Shown here piece after piece: positions 21,757 through 34,095 of a stretch of DNA of 64,000 bases (its first letter is position 1; every line of letters starts with the position of its first letter). Below the pieces are notes generated by a model that was not told the DNA's origin, ran no database searches, and was given only the letters and a program-made list of their open reading frames with translations. Origin of the DNA: Naegleria gruberi. Its lineage: Eukaryota. The stretch lies in the NCBI GenBank assembly GCA_000004985.1, contig GG738904.1. One strand, 5' to 3'. Both the position numbers and the translations under genes were made by a program.

Positions 21757-22236
21757 TTACCAGTTGACCAGAGCACTATTTCCGTTGGCCATCATTAAAT
21801 TACTTGTACTACTACCATTAGATGTTGTTGTTGTATTGTTGGTACTACAACTCTTCAAATCATATCCTCCCAATAACATTATCTTCTCCAAGTCAATTGA
21901 AAATGTTTTCAATCTATCCAGTACGATATTGACCAACATTTCATATGGTCCTCCACACATAACTGGTTTATAAGTAACAACAATTGAATTGATGGAATTA
22001 TTGGGTGAAGATGACATTAAAGGTGCGGAAGAGGAAACTGATTTGTTCTCTTGATGATCTTCATGTGATGATGATGATGATGATGATGGTTGAATAATTC
22101 GCATGGATGATGATTGTGTTGTTTTCAAACTCGTTTTCGAGTGGTTGGATGACGAGGCCGACATTGTTTCAATTTTTCTTGAGTGTGTGTTTCGTGTTTT
22201 GTTACCTTTTGCCCAATTATAACTATCCAAATACAA
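21757..22236 (-). CDS. Ser/Thr-rich ORF directly upstream of the RGS-START gene on the same strand. It may be that gene's 5' exon or N-terminal extension.
   Basis: ORF of 159 aa ending 8 nt before the RGS ORF's Met, in a different frame. I could not find a convincing intron to join them. Confidence 0.3.
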   Translation of the reverse strand: MYLDSYNWAKGNKTRNTHSRKIETMSASSSNHSKTSLKTTQSSSMRIIQPSSSSSSSHEDHQENKSVSSSAPLMSSSPNNSINSIVVTYKPVMCGGPYEMLVNIVLDRLKTFSIDLEKIMLLGGYDLKSCSTNNTTTTSNGSSTSNLMMANGNSALVNW

Positions 22237-22876
22237 TAATCATCAACAATAGGAAATTAGATGATGAATCAAGAAAATATTAAATATTCACAATTATCAT
22301 ATTATTATTATTCCTACTAGTATGCAAAACAAGAAAATAAGAAAATTCGGGGGAAAGCAAAAGGAAGAGAGGTATTAGAGACTTTGTTTTTTGAATATAT
22401 ATTAATAAATTCCAAGTGAATTGCATCAACAATTTTCTCTTCTTTGGTTTGACATGACCCGAGAAGCAGAATACAAATTCATCTCCACCACACATCATGA
22501 ATCGTTAATGAATGGAGAGAATATCGTAATTGGTAACAACAATGCTAATTATCGGTATCGTATTGTCATGTAGCTATGAAGTTTGTTGACCATGCATGTT
22601 CAAGTGCGATTTAGCAACTAGGCTTTGGATTTGGTAGTTTCAAATCGAGCTGTCGAAATTTTAAGAGGAACAATTTAATGATTCGCGATTAAAAACCAAA
22701 TCACGTAATTTTTTTGGCGCCAATGTTGAATTAAGCATCTTGTGTTTGATATTGTTGTTGGAAAGATTTCGAATAGTATTGGGAAAGATGCTCAACAAAA
22801 ATTGAAAGAATCTTTCAGATTTGGAATATTACTAGAAAAATGGAAAGGAAAGTTTCGTTTTTTTCAAAAGATAAAA

Positions 22877-25119
22877 ATGTTTCCATCATCTGAAGAGGTT
22901 TCGAATGAGGAAAAAAACAATCCAGCATTGAGTACTTCTCAACAACCTGCAAGTATAACTCCAAAAGTTTCAGATAATTTACAAAAAGCACCTTCATTGA
23001 CTTTTGTTGAAGAGGTAATTGAGGAAGAAACTCAAACGAATCAAACTAATCAACCTGTGCATCATCTCCACACACTTCCTTCGGACGATACTTTACTGTT
23101 ACACTCTCACAACCTTTCTAGATTGTTGGGATTTAACAAATCTAAAAAACTAAGACTAATTGGCAACCAACCCGCTATTCGATTCGACAGTTACTTTGAT
23201 TTGAATAAGAAAGCAGAGGAAAAAATGTTAAAACCAAAGAAGGCATCCAAAATGAGAATATTTCTCGCCACTGCTTGCTTTAGTGGTTTGCAATTTGGTT
23301 GGGCACTTCGTAAGTTTCCACAAGTTTCGTCTCATTTCCAATACTAACAAAAACATGCAAAATTCATAGAAATTGCTCTCTTAACACCATACATTCTCGA
23401 ACTGGGTCTCTCCAAAAATCTAATCACTCTCATTTGGCTCTGTGGCCCAGTCTCTGGTCTCATCATTCAACCTTTAGTTGGTGTTCTAAGTGATCGTTGT
23501 AAAAGTCCACTAGGAAAACGACGTCCCTTTCTAATAGTTGGTACAATCATGATTGTCATGTCCCTTCTCCTCATTCCATTCAGTCTCGATCTGGGTCATG
23601 CCATGGGAGATCCAACTAATGATCATCCAGCGGCAATTGCTTTGGCAATTATTGGATTTTGGATTCTTGATGTGAGTAATAATACATTACAAGGGCCGAC
23701 GAGAGCATTGGTTGCTGATATGGCATCTCATAAGAATCAGGCATTTGGAAATGCTGCATTGACGTTTTGGAGTGGATTGGGAAATATTTTGGGATATTTG
23801 GCTGGTTTTATAAGGGTAAGTAGTTATTCGAAATTGGATTATTCGAAAGTTGGAATGATTTTGTAAAGTGGTCTGAATATATTCCATTTTTCAAAACTGA
23901 AGTGTGTTCAGAAGGTTGCCAGAATTTGAAGATTTGCTTCCTACAGAGTATCATGTTTCTTCTCTTTACTTTCGTTGTGACCTTGTTAGCAGCTCGTGAG
24001 GAGCCAACTCATAAGAAACATACCCAAAGAAGGGATGAAGAGAATCGACTAATTGGTGAAGAAACCAAAACTGAAAATCCAGAAAATCAATCAGAAAGTG
24101 GAATGGAAACTAATCTTTTCAAATCAAAAAGTGAACCAATGCTCCACACAACCTCTTCCCAAATTGATGAAGAAGAAGAAAGTGAAGCCCAACCTCAGTT
24201 GACTTCTCCAAACTTTAACAATTCAAATCAGAATGCTGCACTTCTGGAACCTTTCATTGATGAAGAAGAATCAGAAATTACTCAATCAGATCGTCCTCAA
24301 CAAGTGGAAGTTTCTGGAGAGCTGGTACTCGAACACAATATTGAAAAGGAAAAGGAAGAACACACAATCTTTCCTCCAGATACTCGTGCTGTCTCTCTCC
24401 ACATTGTCCGAGTCAATCAATTATGGAACTATGTCAGGAGTTGCTTCTCCCTACCTCAAGCCATGTGGAGAGTTTGCATTGTAAACTTTTTCTCATATCT
24501 GGGATGGTTTACATTCCTTGTGTATATTACTACTTGGGTTGGTGAGAATGTTTTCCATGGAAAGAGTGATGAGAAGGAACCTTCGTATAATCTCTATGTG
24601 AAAGGAGTTCAATTCGGCTCGTTTGGATTGGCTGGATTTGCTGGATCATCCATCATCTTTTCCTTTATGATTCCTTCCCTGTGCCACAAAATTGGCTTTA
24701 AGGCAACATTTTTCTTTAGTCAATTGGTCCTTGCCGGTTGTCTTGGAGCTACCTTATTTGTCAAGAACAAAATCCTGGCCTTACTATTAATCTCAACCTT
24801 TGGATTTCCATGGGCAGTGAGCAATACCATTCCATTTGCTCTAGTTGCAACCATTGCTAATAAGGATCAAAAGGGAACTTTTATGGGATTGCTGAATATT
24901 TTCATTGTTGTTCCACAGTTGGTGATGAGCTCATTTGGACCTGTGATTTCGATACTTTCGAATGGAAATGTTGCTTGGACTTTGATGTGTGGAGCTATTA
25001 GTGTGTTGATTAGTGCAGTGATGGTGTGGTTTCTGATAATTCCTCCATCAATTCTGATAACAAAGAAACGAAAGAAGAAGAAACACAACAGGCTCTATCT
25101 TTCTCACTCTATTCATTAG
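22877..25119 (+). CDS. Sucrose/H+ symporter-like MFS transporter (GPH / SLC45 family) in 3 exons: 22877-23309, 23370-23815, 23947-25119
   Basis: Exon-spanning match to plant SUT / animal SLC45: MRIFLATACFSGLQFGWAL|QIALLTPYILELGLS...PLVGVLSDRCKSPLGKRRPF...ILDVSNNTLQGPTRALVADMA. Introns are GTAAGT..AG (23310-23369) and GTAAGT..AG (23816-23946), and the frames are conserved across the junctions. The start was chosen at the first ATG that precedes hydrophilic N-terminal sequence (22877). Confidence 0.7.
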
Positions 25120-26353
25120 GAAATAATTATTCTTTCATGTGATACTAACACGAATCATGGCCAACCGAAAAATAGCACTTGAATGCATGTAGATAAACTA
25201 TTCTAAACCTTTCATAACCTTTCGCACACTTTGAATGTTTTCAATAAAACTTCACAATTCTTTGCAGTGATGATTGAACACCTTCTTAAACCAACCTCAT
25301 CCTATTTCGTGCATGTTTCTATTCGAAAGATTTAAAACGAGGCTAAATATGTGAACTTTACAACACAATTTTCCAAACATTGAAAGTGCCTTCCTTGTTA
25401 TCCTCAAACAAAGTCCTGAGGAGAATAGGTGTGCTATTGAGAAGTATCTAATAATCCCCAAATAGATTGGTCCATTCGATGGGCTCTCCTTCTAATATTG
25501 TAATCGAATGCTAAATTATTCGAATGTGCACACATGTGTGAGGCTTTTTCAATCCAATAAACGTGTCAAAAAAACAAGTTCATTCAGACCTTGCTAATCT
25601 CGCTCTCATAGTGGCCCAAAAGAATCTAGGAATTACTGCAGAGGACACTTTTACTACTATTCGCTTCTTGCCGAAACTCCACACAATTGTTTTTCTTGCA
25701 TTTTCAGAATTGAGTGTTGCAAGCTTGTTTCGACTTTTCTAGAGAACACACCAAGAACTTCACAAAAGCTCATCTTGGTTCTCCTAAATTCTTCAGTTCG
25801 AACAATTTCTGAACCGGTTACAATTCTACAATTTCCAATACCAACTTTTGATTGAATTTTCAAAGGAAATTGGATGGACAATCGTGCAAAAAAAGTATCC
25901 ACCACACAATACAGTAACTTTATACGAAACTCAACACACTCACGTTGAAGGTTTCGTTATCGTTCAATTTAATATTGAATATATTTTTTGATTAGCACTT
26001 ACCATTGCCGAATTGGACAAAACTATACTAGTATCAGCAACAACCAAATTTGCACTGTCATCAGCTTATTCACAGTCAAAAAAAACATCTATAGACCCTT
26101 CTCTCTAAATTATTCGAAAGTAGAGTGGATTATTCTTCACATCATCAACAGGCGGCACAACAACAATTGTTGTTGATCAACATCCATTGACAATATTTAA
26201 ACACAAAATCGGAGAATACGAAAAAATCTCTGTGAGCAGTAAAACTAATAACCGAACAAAAAATTTGCCGCCAAAAAAGAAAATTGCTGAATTCAAACCT
26301 GAACTTGCGTAAACATTTAAAAACTTGTTAAATTCACACACACAAATTATCAA

Positions 26354-29300
26354 TTGGATTTCAACATGCAAGTTTCAGAACAACAAGTATCTGTAGTACT
26401 AACTCATCAACCACAATCATCATCAATATCTGAAGCGGATAATAATAATAATAATAATACCATTAACAATATAGATAATAATAATAATAGCAATAATAAT
26501 AATAATAATATAGAGGAAGATAATGATAATAATAATAATATTTACATGCTTTCATTCAATAATAGTGGATTAACACCTGCATTACCTGATCCGAGTCCTT
26601 CACCTCCACTTAAATCAACTGTTGCAGTAGTTGGTACATCATCACAACAACAAAACATGTCGAAATTATATTCCTCTCCTCCGAATAACATTAACAATCA
26701 ATTAGATTATTCACCAGTGAGGATTAGAACCATCAATTCGGCGACATTACCAACCAATAATAATATTAACAATAATAATGAAGACCGATCACTGATGATG
26801 ACAACAACAACATCTTCATCAACTGCACCTCCTCCACCTAGTTCTTATCAATATCCAATTCCAACAAGACCTACTACTACTAAATCTTCATCCGTGAATG
26901 AGAGTAATAATATGATGGAGGACAATTTCCCCAACACCATAGAAAGTAATGTGCGAACACAAGAACATTCCCAACAACAAACACACTACAAATCCTATCA
27001 TCACAATAATGAAAGAGAAGGAGAACGAGCTTCTTACTATCATCACTCCTATCCATCACAAAATTCCATAATGATGACAAATAATCATAATATCGAAAAT
27101 TGGAAAGGCTTGAAGGAAAACAGCAACAATCTATCATCCGCAGAAATTCAAAAAGAACAAGCGAACTTGGTTTACGGCACTCAATACCGCCAAAAGAATA
27201 GAAGTACACAACCACCTAGCAGCGCTTCTTACTTAGGATCAGTTGTTGAACGAGAAGAAAGAGGAGACGAAGAAGAAGAAGATTATCGTGTCTATCATCA
27301 TCAGCAACAACCACAGCAACAACAATATTTGAGAGAGAACTATTATCCTTCTCATCAGGGTAGTAGTACTACGTTGCCAAGCACTACTTCAATCTTGTTG
27401 CCAAGCCACGAAGCAAGGAATATCCAAAATTATAACAACCCTTCGCTACAAATAATTAATCAAAAGAATACCTCCACAAGTTCAACTTCACCTTCTTTAA
27501 ATTTTGCTACAGGTTCGTCTTCACAACAACCATTGCACGGAAGAAGAAATAGCAATTATCATCTGTACGATAATAATAACTATCACCAACAACACCAATA
27601 CGTGGAGAGAAATAATAACAATTTTCCAACAACTTCTCTCCATCAACGAACAACACCAACAACAATAGCAGAATATCAAGTTGGAGCTCCTAGTTATTCT
27701 AAACAAAGTTCAATGCAACAACAACCCTTTGTCATTCAGCCAAGTATGCAGCCCTCATCTGGAATACCGTCCTTTCACCAAGTTCACTCATCCTCCTCTG
27801 CCACCAATTCCTTCCATGTACCTTCCAATTATCAACAACATCATCATCATCAACCTCCACCACCACAACACTATCAACCACTTCCTCCGTCATCATCATC
27901 CTCATCAAATTATTTGAATCCTCCACACCAACAACAACAACAATCATCCTACTCTTCACCAAACAGTAACCAAACTAACTCATCCGAACCAAAATTACGT
28001 GTCTATAATTCAACATTAAAAGTTCCAGAAGGAATTTTTTCATACGATAACACAACACTAACTTGTGAACCTCATGGATTTAAGCCAAATGATAGAAGAG
28101 GAGCTCCACAAACAACTCACAGTGTCTACGTGAGTGATGTATTAGTAGTTACTTGTGATTTGGTTAACATGTCGAATCAACCAGGTGTTTTTCAAAATTG
28201 TACTGCGAGATTGGTTCATTTGATGGGAAAGAATGCTAAAAAGAAGAGAAAGGAAGGAGTCAGTGATCAAGATGATGGTTTAGACTCGGAGGATGATGAT
28301 TTGGATGATGGAAAGAAGAAGAAAAAGAAGAATAAGAAGAAGGATCAAGAAGATTCACTTGATGGTGATTTTGTTACTGATTTTTCACAGGCAGGAATGT
28401 TAGAGTCTTTTGAATTATTATCGGAACAACCTTGTCAAGAAAATGTTCAGAAAGGAAAGATTGTTTCCTCCCTCAAGGTTCCTCGTGTTAGGGGAAGAGA
28501 TTGTAAAACAAAGACTGGACAAATTCAAGTTATTAGATTTAAAGGAACAGAGAGAGAACATATTATTGCTGTGAGTGACTTGTTCTGGATAAGATCTAGA
28601 ACAAGAACAGAGATGGAAGTGAGAAAGTTCAAGAAACAACAGCAACAAACTCCACAACAATCATTGCCATCTCATCAACCACCTCAACAACAACCAATTT
28701 CTGTTCAATCACATGAAACTTCCAATCTTTCTTTGCATCATCATGCACAACAACTTTCTCATCCACCAACAATTCCATCTTCAAGTTTAAATCCTCCTCG
28801 TGAAAATTATCATAATCCACAATGGCCAAATATGCCAAATATTGTACAACCAAATTCACCAAGTACAAATGAGCATGCTGGTCTTCCTCCTAAAAAGAGA
28901 AGGAATAATAGTCCAGGAGGTGGTAATACACCAAACACTTATAGAGTTCCTTCAAATCCAGCTGCTTCAATTGTTCACTCATCAACAGGATATTTCCCCT
29001 CAAACAATATTCAACATCAAGAGAATGGTAAAGTACCAAATCTACACGATTCTCCTTCTCTTAGTCATCATCATCATCACGTGCCTTATCAACCATCGAG
29101 GAATGAACCAACTTATCATGAATTACTACAACGAGTTCACACATTAGAAGAAAAGTTGAATAGACTTGAAAGTAAATTGACTAGAGCTGGACATTTGTCA
29201 CCTGAGTTCCCAATGCCACCTGATAGTCAAACATTTTCTCCATTCCTCCCTAGTTCTGCAATTCAGCCACGTCCTGTTGAACCACCTAAAACTTTTGCAC

Positions 29301-29539
29301 CTTTCCCAATTGATGTTTTCATTAAAGACGATAAGAGAGGAGAAAACCCAACATTGCCTTCAGTGGTTTCGTCAGATTCCCAACCAGCAATTTTTAATCC
29401 AAAATCACCACTTCCAAGTTTCCCTTTTGATCCATCTGATTCATTCTTGAAGAATAGTTTCTCATCACCACCAGCTTTTACAAATCCAACATCGAGCAGT
29501 TCATCCGAGAGTGGAGGTGGCATGAAGAGAGAACGTTAA
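26354..29539 (+). CDS. Large N/Q/S-rich low-complexity protein with a unique central core (about aa 540-760) and a C-terminal coiled-coil segment. It may be a nuclear regulator.
   Basis: Uninterrupted ORF of 1061 aa with poly-N, poly-Q and Ser/Pro-rich tracts. The complex-sequence core is YNSTLKVPEGIFSYDNTTLTCEPHGFKPNDRRGAPQTTHSVYVSDVLVVTCDLVNMSNQPG...QVIRFKGTEREHIIAVSDLFWIRSR. It also has a KKKRK-like basic patch. Confidence 0.5.
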   Translation: MDFNMQVSEQQVSVVLTHQPQSSSISEADNNNNNNTINNIDNNNNSNNNNNNIEEDNDNNNNIYMLSFNNSGLTPALPDPSPSPPLKSTVAVVGTSSQQQNMSKLYSSPPNNINNQLDYSPVRIRTINSATLPTNNNINNNNEDRSLMMTTTTSSSTAPPPPSSYQYPIPTRPTTTKSSSVNESNNMMEDNFPNTIESNVRTQEHSQQQTHYKSYHHNNEREGERASYYHHSYPSQNSIMMTNNHNIENWKGLKENSNNLSSAEIQKEQANLVYGTQYRQKNRSTQPPSSASYLGSVVEREERGDEEEEDYRVYHHQQQPQQQQYLRENYYPSHQGSSTTLPSTTSILLPSHEARNIQNYNNPSLQIINQKNTSTSSTSPSLNFATGSSSQQPLHGRRNSNYHLYDNNNYHQQHQYVERNNNNFPTTSLHQRTTPTTIAEYQVGAPSYSKQSSMQQQPFVIQPSMQPSSGIPSFHQVHSSSSATNSFHVPSNYQQHHHHQPPPPQHYQPLPPSSSSSSNYLNPPHQQQQQSSYSSPNSNQTNSSEPKLRVYNSTLKVPEGIFSYDNTTLTCEPHGFKPNDRRGAPQTTHSVYVSDVLVVTCDLVNMSNQPGVFQNCTARLVHLMGKNAKKKRKEGVSDQDDGLDSEDDDLDDGKKKKKKNKKKDQEDSLDGDFVTDFSQAGMLESFELLSEQPCQENVQKGKIVSSLKVPRVRGRDCKTKTGQIQVIRFKGTEREHIIAVSDLFWIRSRTRTEMEVRKFKKQQQQTPQQSLPSHQPPQQQPISVQSHETSNLSLHHHAQQLSHPPTIPSSSLNPPRENYHNPQWPNMPNIVQPNSPSTNEHAGLPPKKRRNNSPGGGNTPNTYRVPSNPAASIVHSSTGYFPSNNIQHQENGKVPNLHDSPSLSHHHHHVPYQPSRNEPTYHELLQRVHTLEEKLNRLESKLTRAGHLSPEFPMPPDSQTFSPFLPSSAIQPRPVEPPKTFAPFPIDVFIKDDKRGENPTLPSVVSSDSQPAIFNPKSPLPSFPFDPSDSFLKNSFSSPPAFTNPTSSSSSESGGGMKRER

Positions 29540-30122
29540 ATGAAGTGAAATAAAAAATTAATTGTAAATTCAAATATGAAAATTGAAGTTTAGTTTGTAA
29601 TATGTTTGAGAATCCAACAAGTTCAAAGATATTAATGGTCCTTCCACCTTGTGTGTCATGTACTCTAGTGTAAAAAAATCAAAAAGGCTGTGTGAAAAGT
29701 GAGCTTAACTTTACAACATGTGATCGTTCAATGCGTGCGTACGATCTCCGATCTATTGAGAAGAAACCAGTTGTTGAAAATTGCAAACTTGAAGATTTAA
29801 CGTTTCGAAAAAAAATTCATGAGTAGTAACAAGTAGGCCGCTAATTTGCTTGCTAGAAAAGACTCTGATCACACACTATGTAAGTCATCATTCTTAAATA
29901 TCTTGGCAAGATATTAATTTCTACATTTCACCAATTTGCTTGTAAAAATTTACAAATTGCAATTTTAATGATCCAATGATAATAATAATGATCATCATCC
30001 GATACCTAATTAACTTGATCATATTAATACTACCATGATCATCAATGATGATATTGTACACTTTGTATGCAAATTGTCGTGATGAAAAATCTTGTCAAAC
30101 ACTTTTGGATTAATTTCCAAAT

Positions 30123-32723
30123 ATGGACTCTTTAATATTGGTCCTTTTTCTTGCATTACTCTCTGTGTTGATCGTCACCAAAACACTCAATTGGTTCTTT
30201 CTCTATCAACATTCCATTCAATATTGCATTTCCTCTCCTTTCTTAACCCAATTGACCAAAATCTTGAAAAAATCGATGAAATTTCTTATTGGGCTCTTGT
30301 TGTTCTTTGTTTGTTATTCGTGGTATTCTTCTTTCAAAATACTTGCCATTGCTCCGAATGAAAACTTTGAAAAATCCTTGCAATATCGGAATGCTTCCTC
30401 TTTCCAATTTCATATCAAATCTTCCATCCTTGCTGCTTGTCTAAATTCCCACCACTCTAACAATGCAAATACTTGCAAATCTTCCTCCACTCATAACCAT
30501 CGTGCTGATGTTAATGATGCTGAACCAATTTTTGAACTTTCCTGTCGTTGCACAACTTTAAATCCGATGAATAATGATCCTTCTCTCACCACCAAAAACA
30601 ACCTCGACCAAATATTGCAACAATACCAAAATTCATTGACTTTGGACTCCCCGAATCAATCGACCACCCCCAACTACTACGGCTCTTGTTCTGTTACTGA
30701 CAATCGTGATGATGATGCTTCTGGTGCTTCTTCCTCTGCTTCTTCCTCTGCAACTGCTACCTTGATTAATACCAACCAAAATAGTACTAAAAACTCTCTC
30801 AAAGAAGTAGAAGAAAAAACAACAACTCCCTCCAAACAACTCTTAGAAATAATGAATAAGAACGACTTGTATGCACTTGCTCCAAATCACTTCCTCTACA
30901 ATCCAATGTTGAATAAGGATACCGCATTCACAGTGGAGGATCGTGAAAAATTGGGTCTTCGTGGATTGTTGCCACCACACGTTGAGACCATTACTCATCA
31001 ATTGGTGAGATGCTTGAGACAATTCCGTAACTTTAAAAATCCATTGGACAAGTATGTTTACTTGATGAGTTTGCAAGGTAGAAATCAAACCTTGTTCTTT
31101 AAATTGTTGATTGATAACATGGTTGAAATGTTGCCAATTGGTAAGTTGATGATAATAATTTTGCATTCCAAAGTTTTTAACACATTCTCTCTCATCTGTG
31201 TGAAATTTACTTGTTATTTTGCTTAATACAAATAATAATGCTTCGGAACCACCACAACAAAACACAACATTCATTTACCACTCTTTTTAACATTATAAAC
31301 AGTCTACACACCAACTGTTGGTGATGCTTGTCTTCAATTCGACCAAATTTGGAGAGTTGCTCAAGGCATGTACATCTCATTGGAAGATAAGGGATCAATT
31401 TCTGCAATTTTGAAGAATTGGGAACCAAAGCAACCAGATATTATTGTCGTTTCCGATGGTTCACGTATTTTGGGTCTTGGTGATTTGGGTGCTAATGGTA
31501 TGGGTATTCCAATTGGTAAATTGAATCTCTATGTTGCTGCTGCTGGTTTCCATCCAGATAAGACTTTGCCAATTTGCATTGATGTTGGTACTAACAATCC
31601 AGGATTGTTGGAAGATGATTTATATTTGGGATTGAAGAGAAAGCGTGTTCGTGGACAAGAATTCTTTGATTTCATGAAGGAATTTATGATTGCTGTCAAG
31701 ACTACATGGCCAAATTGTTTAGTCCAATTCGAAGATTTCTCAAATGATGTCTGTTTCGATTTATTGGATCAATATCGTAATGAACAATTGTGTTTCAATG
31801 ATGATATCCAAGGTACTGGTGCTGTCATTGTTGCTGGTTTCATCAATGCTGCCAAGATTACTGGTAAGAGAACTTATCAACACAAATTATTATTTATGGG
31901 AGCTGGTTCTGCTGCCACTGGTGTCGCTGATCAATGTGTTGGTGTCATGAAATTGCAAGCTGAAGAAGATGGATTGAGCAAGGAAGAAATTGATGCCATG
32001 TCTGAACATTGGGTTTATTTGGTCGATTCTAAGGGATTAGTTACACAAACTCGTTCTGATTACGAAGAAATGCCACATCACAAGAAGAAGTATGCCAAGA
32101 AGGGTGATGAAACTTTGGGTAACTTCCAATCCAAATCTCTTTTGGAAATTGTTCAAAAGACTCAACCAACTGCTCTCATTGGTCTCTGTGGTCAATCTGG
32201 TGTTTTCACTCAAGATATCATTGAAGAAATGGCCAAGATTAACCAAAAGCCAATCGTTTTTGCCTTGTCCAACCCAACTAAGAATTCTGAATGTACTGCC
32301 AAGGAAGCTATTGAATATTCAAGTGGAAGAGCTATCTTTGCTTCTGGTTCTCCATTCGAAGATGTTACTTACAATGGAAAGACTTATCAATTGAGTCAAG
32401 GTAACAATTTGTACATTTTCCCAGCTTTGGGTCTTGGTGCTGTCGTTACCAGATCAAAGCACGTTTCTGATGTTATGATTTTGAGAGCTGCTCAAACTTT
32501 GGCCGATCTCACAAGCCAAGATAGATTGGACAATGGATTGTTGTATCCAAGTTTGACAAATATCAGAGAAATTGCTCAAAAGATTGCTGTCCAAGTTGGT
32601 AAACAAAGTGTTAAGGAAGGTCTTTCTCAATTGACTGAAGAACAATTACCAAAATCTGAAGAAGAATGGGTTAAAATTGTTAAGGATTATGTATATACTC
32701 CAGATTATGAGTCCAAATTGTAA
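30123..32723 (+). CDS. Malic enzyme (NAD(P)-dependent malate dehydrogenase, decarboxylating) in 2 exons: ?-31140 and 31303-32723. The annotated start at 30123 is the start of the open frame; the true start is uncertain.
   Basis: Hallmarks: LYNPMLNKDTAFTVEDREKLGLRGLLPP...EMLPI|VYTPTVGDACLQFDQIW...GSRILGLGDLGANGMGIPIGKL...FEDFSNDVCFDLL...FNDDIQGTGAV...GAGSA. The intron is GTAAGT...ACAG (31141-31302) with phase 1 conserved. Confidence 0.8.
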
Positions 32724-33081
32724 ATATTTCAACAATTAATTTAAACCAACTATTATAAACATTTAATATTTCACTGATATTATTTCACACACTTTCAATA
32801 TATTCTCCATTCCAATCGCAACAGCGTCCAACCATACTCAATTCTGTCCAATTCTATCTAAATGCAACCTGAGGATCTCCTTCACAACCAAGCGCATCAA
32901 CCAAACACTAGTCCGACCAGCACTACGATCCTAGTGCACTTCAATTAATATCATGTCATGAAATCTCTCCACCGTATTACTTTTAAACAAAAAGAAAAAA
33001 AATCTCCAATTGTTAACTGTACAAATCTTTCATCTTTTTCCGAAAGTTAGAGAATAATTTGAAAGAGAAGGTGAACACAAA

Positions 33082-34095
33082 ATGACTAGTCAAGAGAGTA
33101 ATGATGGATCAATTTCCTATGGATGGTGGATTGCCACTCTTTTAATAGGAATTGTCCTGATGAGAATATTGCAATTAATTATGAAATTGAAAAGACAAAT
33201 AAGCAAGGCTGGTGGAACTCCTGGTTATTGGCAATTATTGGCTGAAGGCTTGTTTATCATGCCAATTCTTTCGCCCTATATTGCTCATGGTAATTTCCCA
33301 GTGATTCAAGGATTGATTGCTAAGGAGGAAGAGAGAGCTAAGGGAAGTGATGAAAAGCAATTGATTATTCGTGTCAGTACTCCCTATAGAAATAATTATG
33401 TAATTTGGGATAAGGATTCAGTGAAGGAAGTTTTAGTTACAAAATCATCATCCTTTCCAAAACCTTTGGATTTTTATGAACCTTTCAATATTTTCGATAA
33501 GGATGCTACTTCAATTTTGACAGCTGCCGATGGTCCAGTTTGGAAGAATCATAGACATGTGGTGGCTCCTTCATTCTCAACTGGTAATTTGGTTTTTATG
33601 AGTCAAGTGACTGTAAAGACAGTTGATGCATTGTTTAGAACAAAGTGGAATAAGTTATTGGACCAGGATAGTAAGGGATTCATTATGGATATGGAAGATA
33701 CTACAGCTGTCACTCTTCAAATTATTGGTGAAAGTGGATTTGGTATGGATTTTGGTGTTTTCGATGAAACTAGCTCTGATTCTAAAAAGTTTAGAGAAGC
33801 ATTGAATATTGTCGTGAGAGTTGACTATTATGCCAGATTCTTCCTTGCTAAAATCCCATTCCTTTACAATGCAGTTTCTGATTATACTGGAAATACAGAA
33901 GCTCTCAAGGTGATGAGTGAAAAGCTTGAACAATGCATTTCTCAAAGAGTAGCCGAATTCAAACAAGATCCAGAAAAACCAATGAATGATTTATTGTCGC
34001 TCCTTGTTAAGGCAAACATGATGGATGAAAAACTCACACTCAATGAATTGAAGAGTAACAGTTACATCTTCGTAGTTGCAGGTCATGAGTATTGA
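33082..34095 (+). pseudogene. Cytochrome P450, N-terminal half only. It ends at the I-helix ...FVVAGHE and then Y-stop because an insertion follows.
   Basis: N-terminal membrane anchor plus P450 fold up to AGHE (I-helix AGHETT). It is a paralog of the N-half of the P450 at 55239-56286 (shared ...SDAYIFS/VVAGHE). The reading frame hits TGA at 34093-95, right after CATGAG. Confidence 0.6.

Noticed and set aside
22742-22876. Upstream extension of the transporter ORF (MFDIVVGKISNSIGKDAQQK...)
   Set aside because: It reads as untranslated leader; it is K/F-rich with no transporter homology. The Met at 22877 gives the expected hydrophilic N-terminus before TM1.
29690-29760. Locally GC-richer patch with a CGTACG palindrome (caatgcgtgcgtacgatctccgatc) in the 29.5-30.1 kb intergenic region
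   Set aside because: It is a single short palindrome with no repeats and no flanking conservation within the window. It cannot be distinguished from a chance promoter motif.
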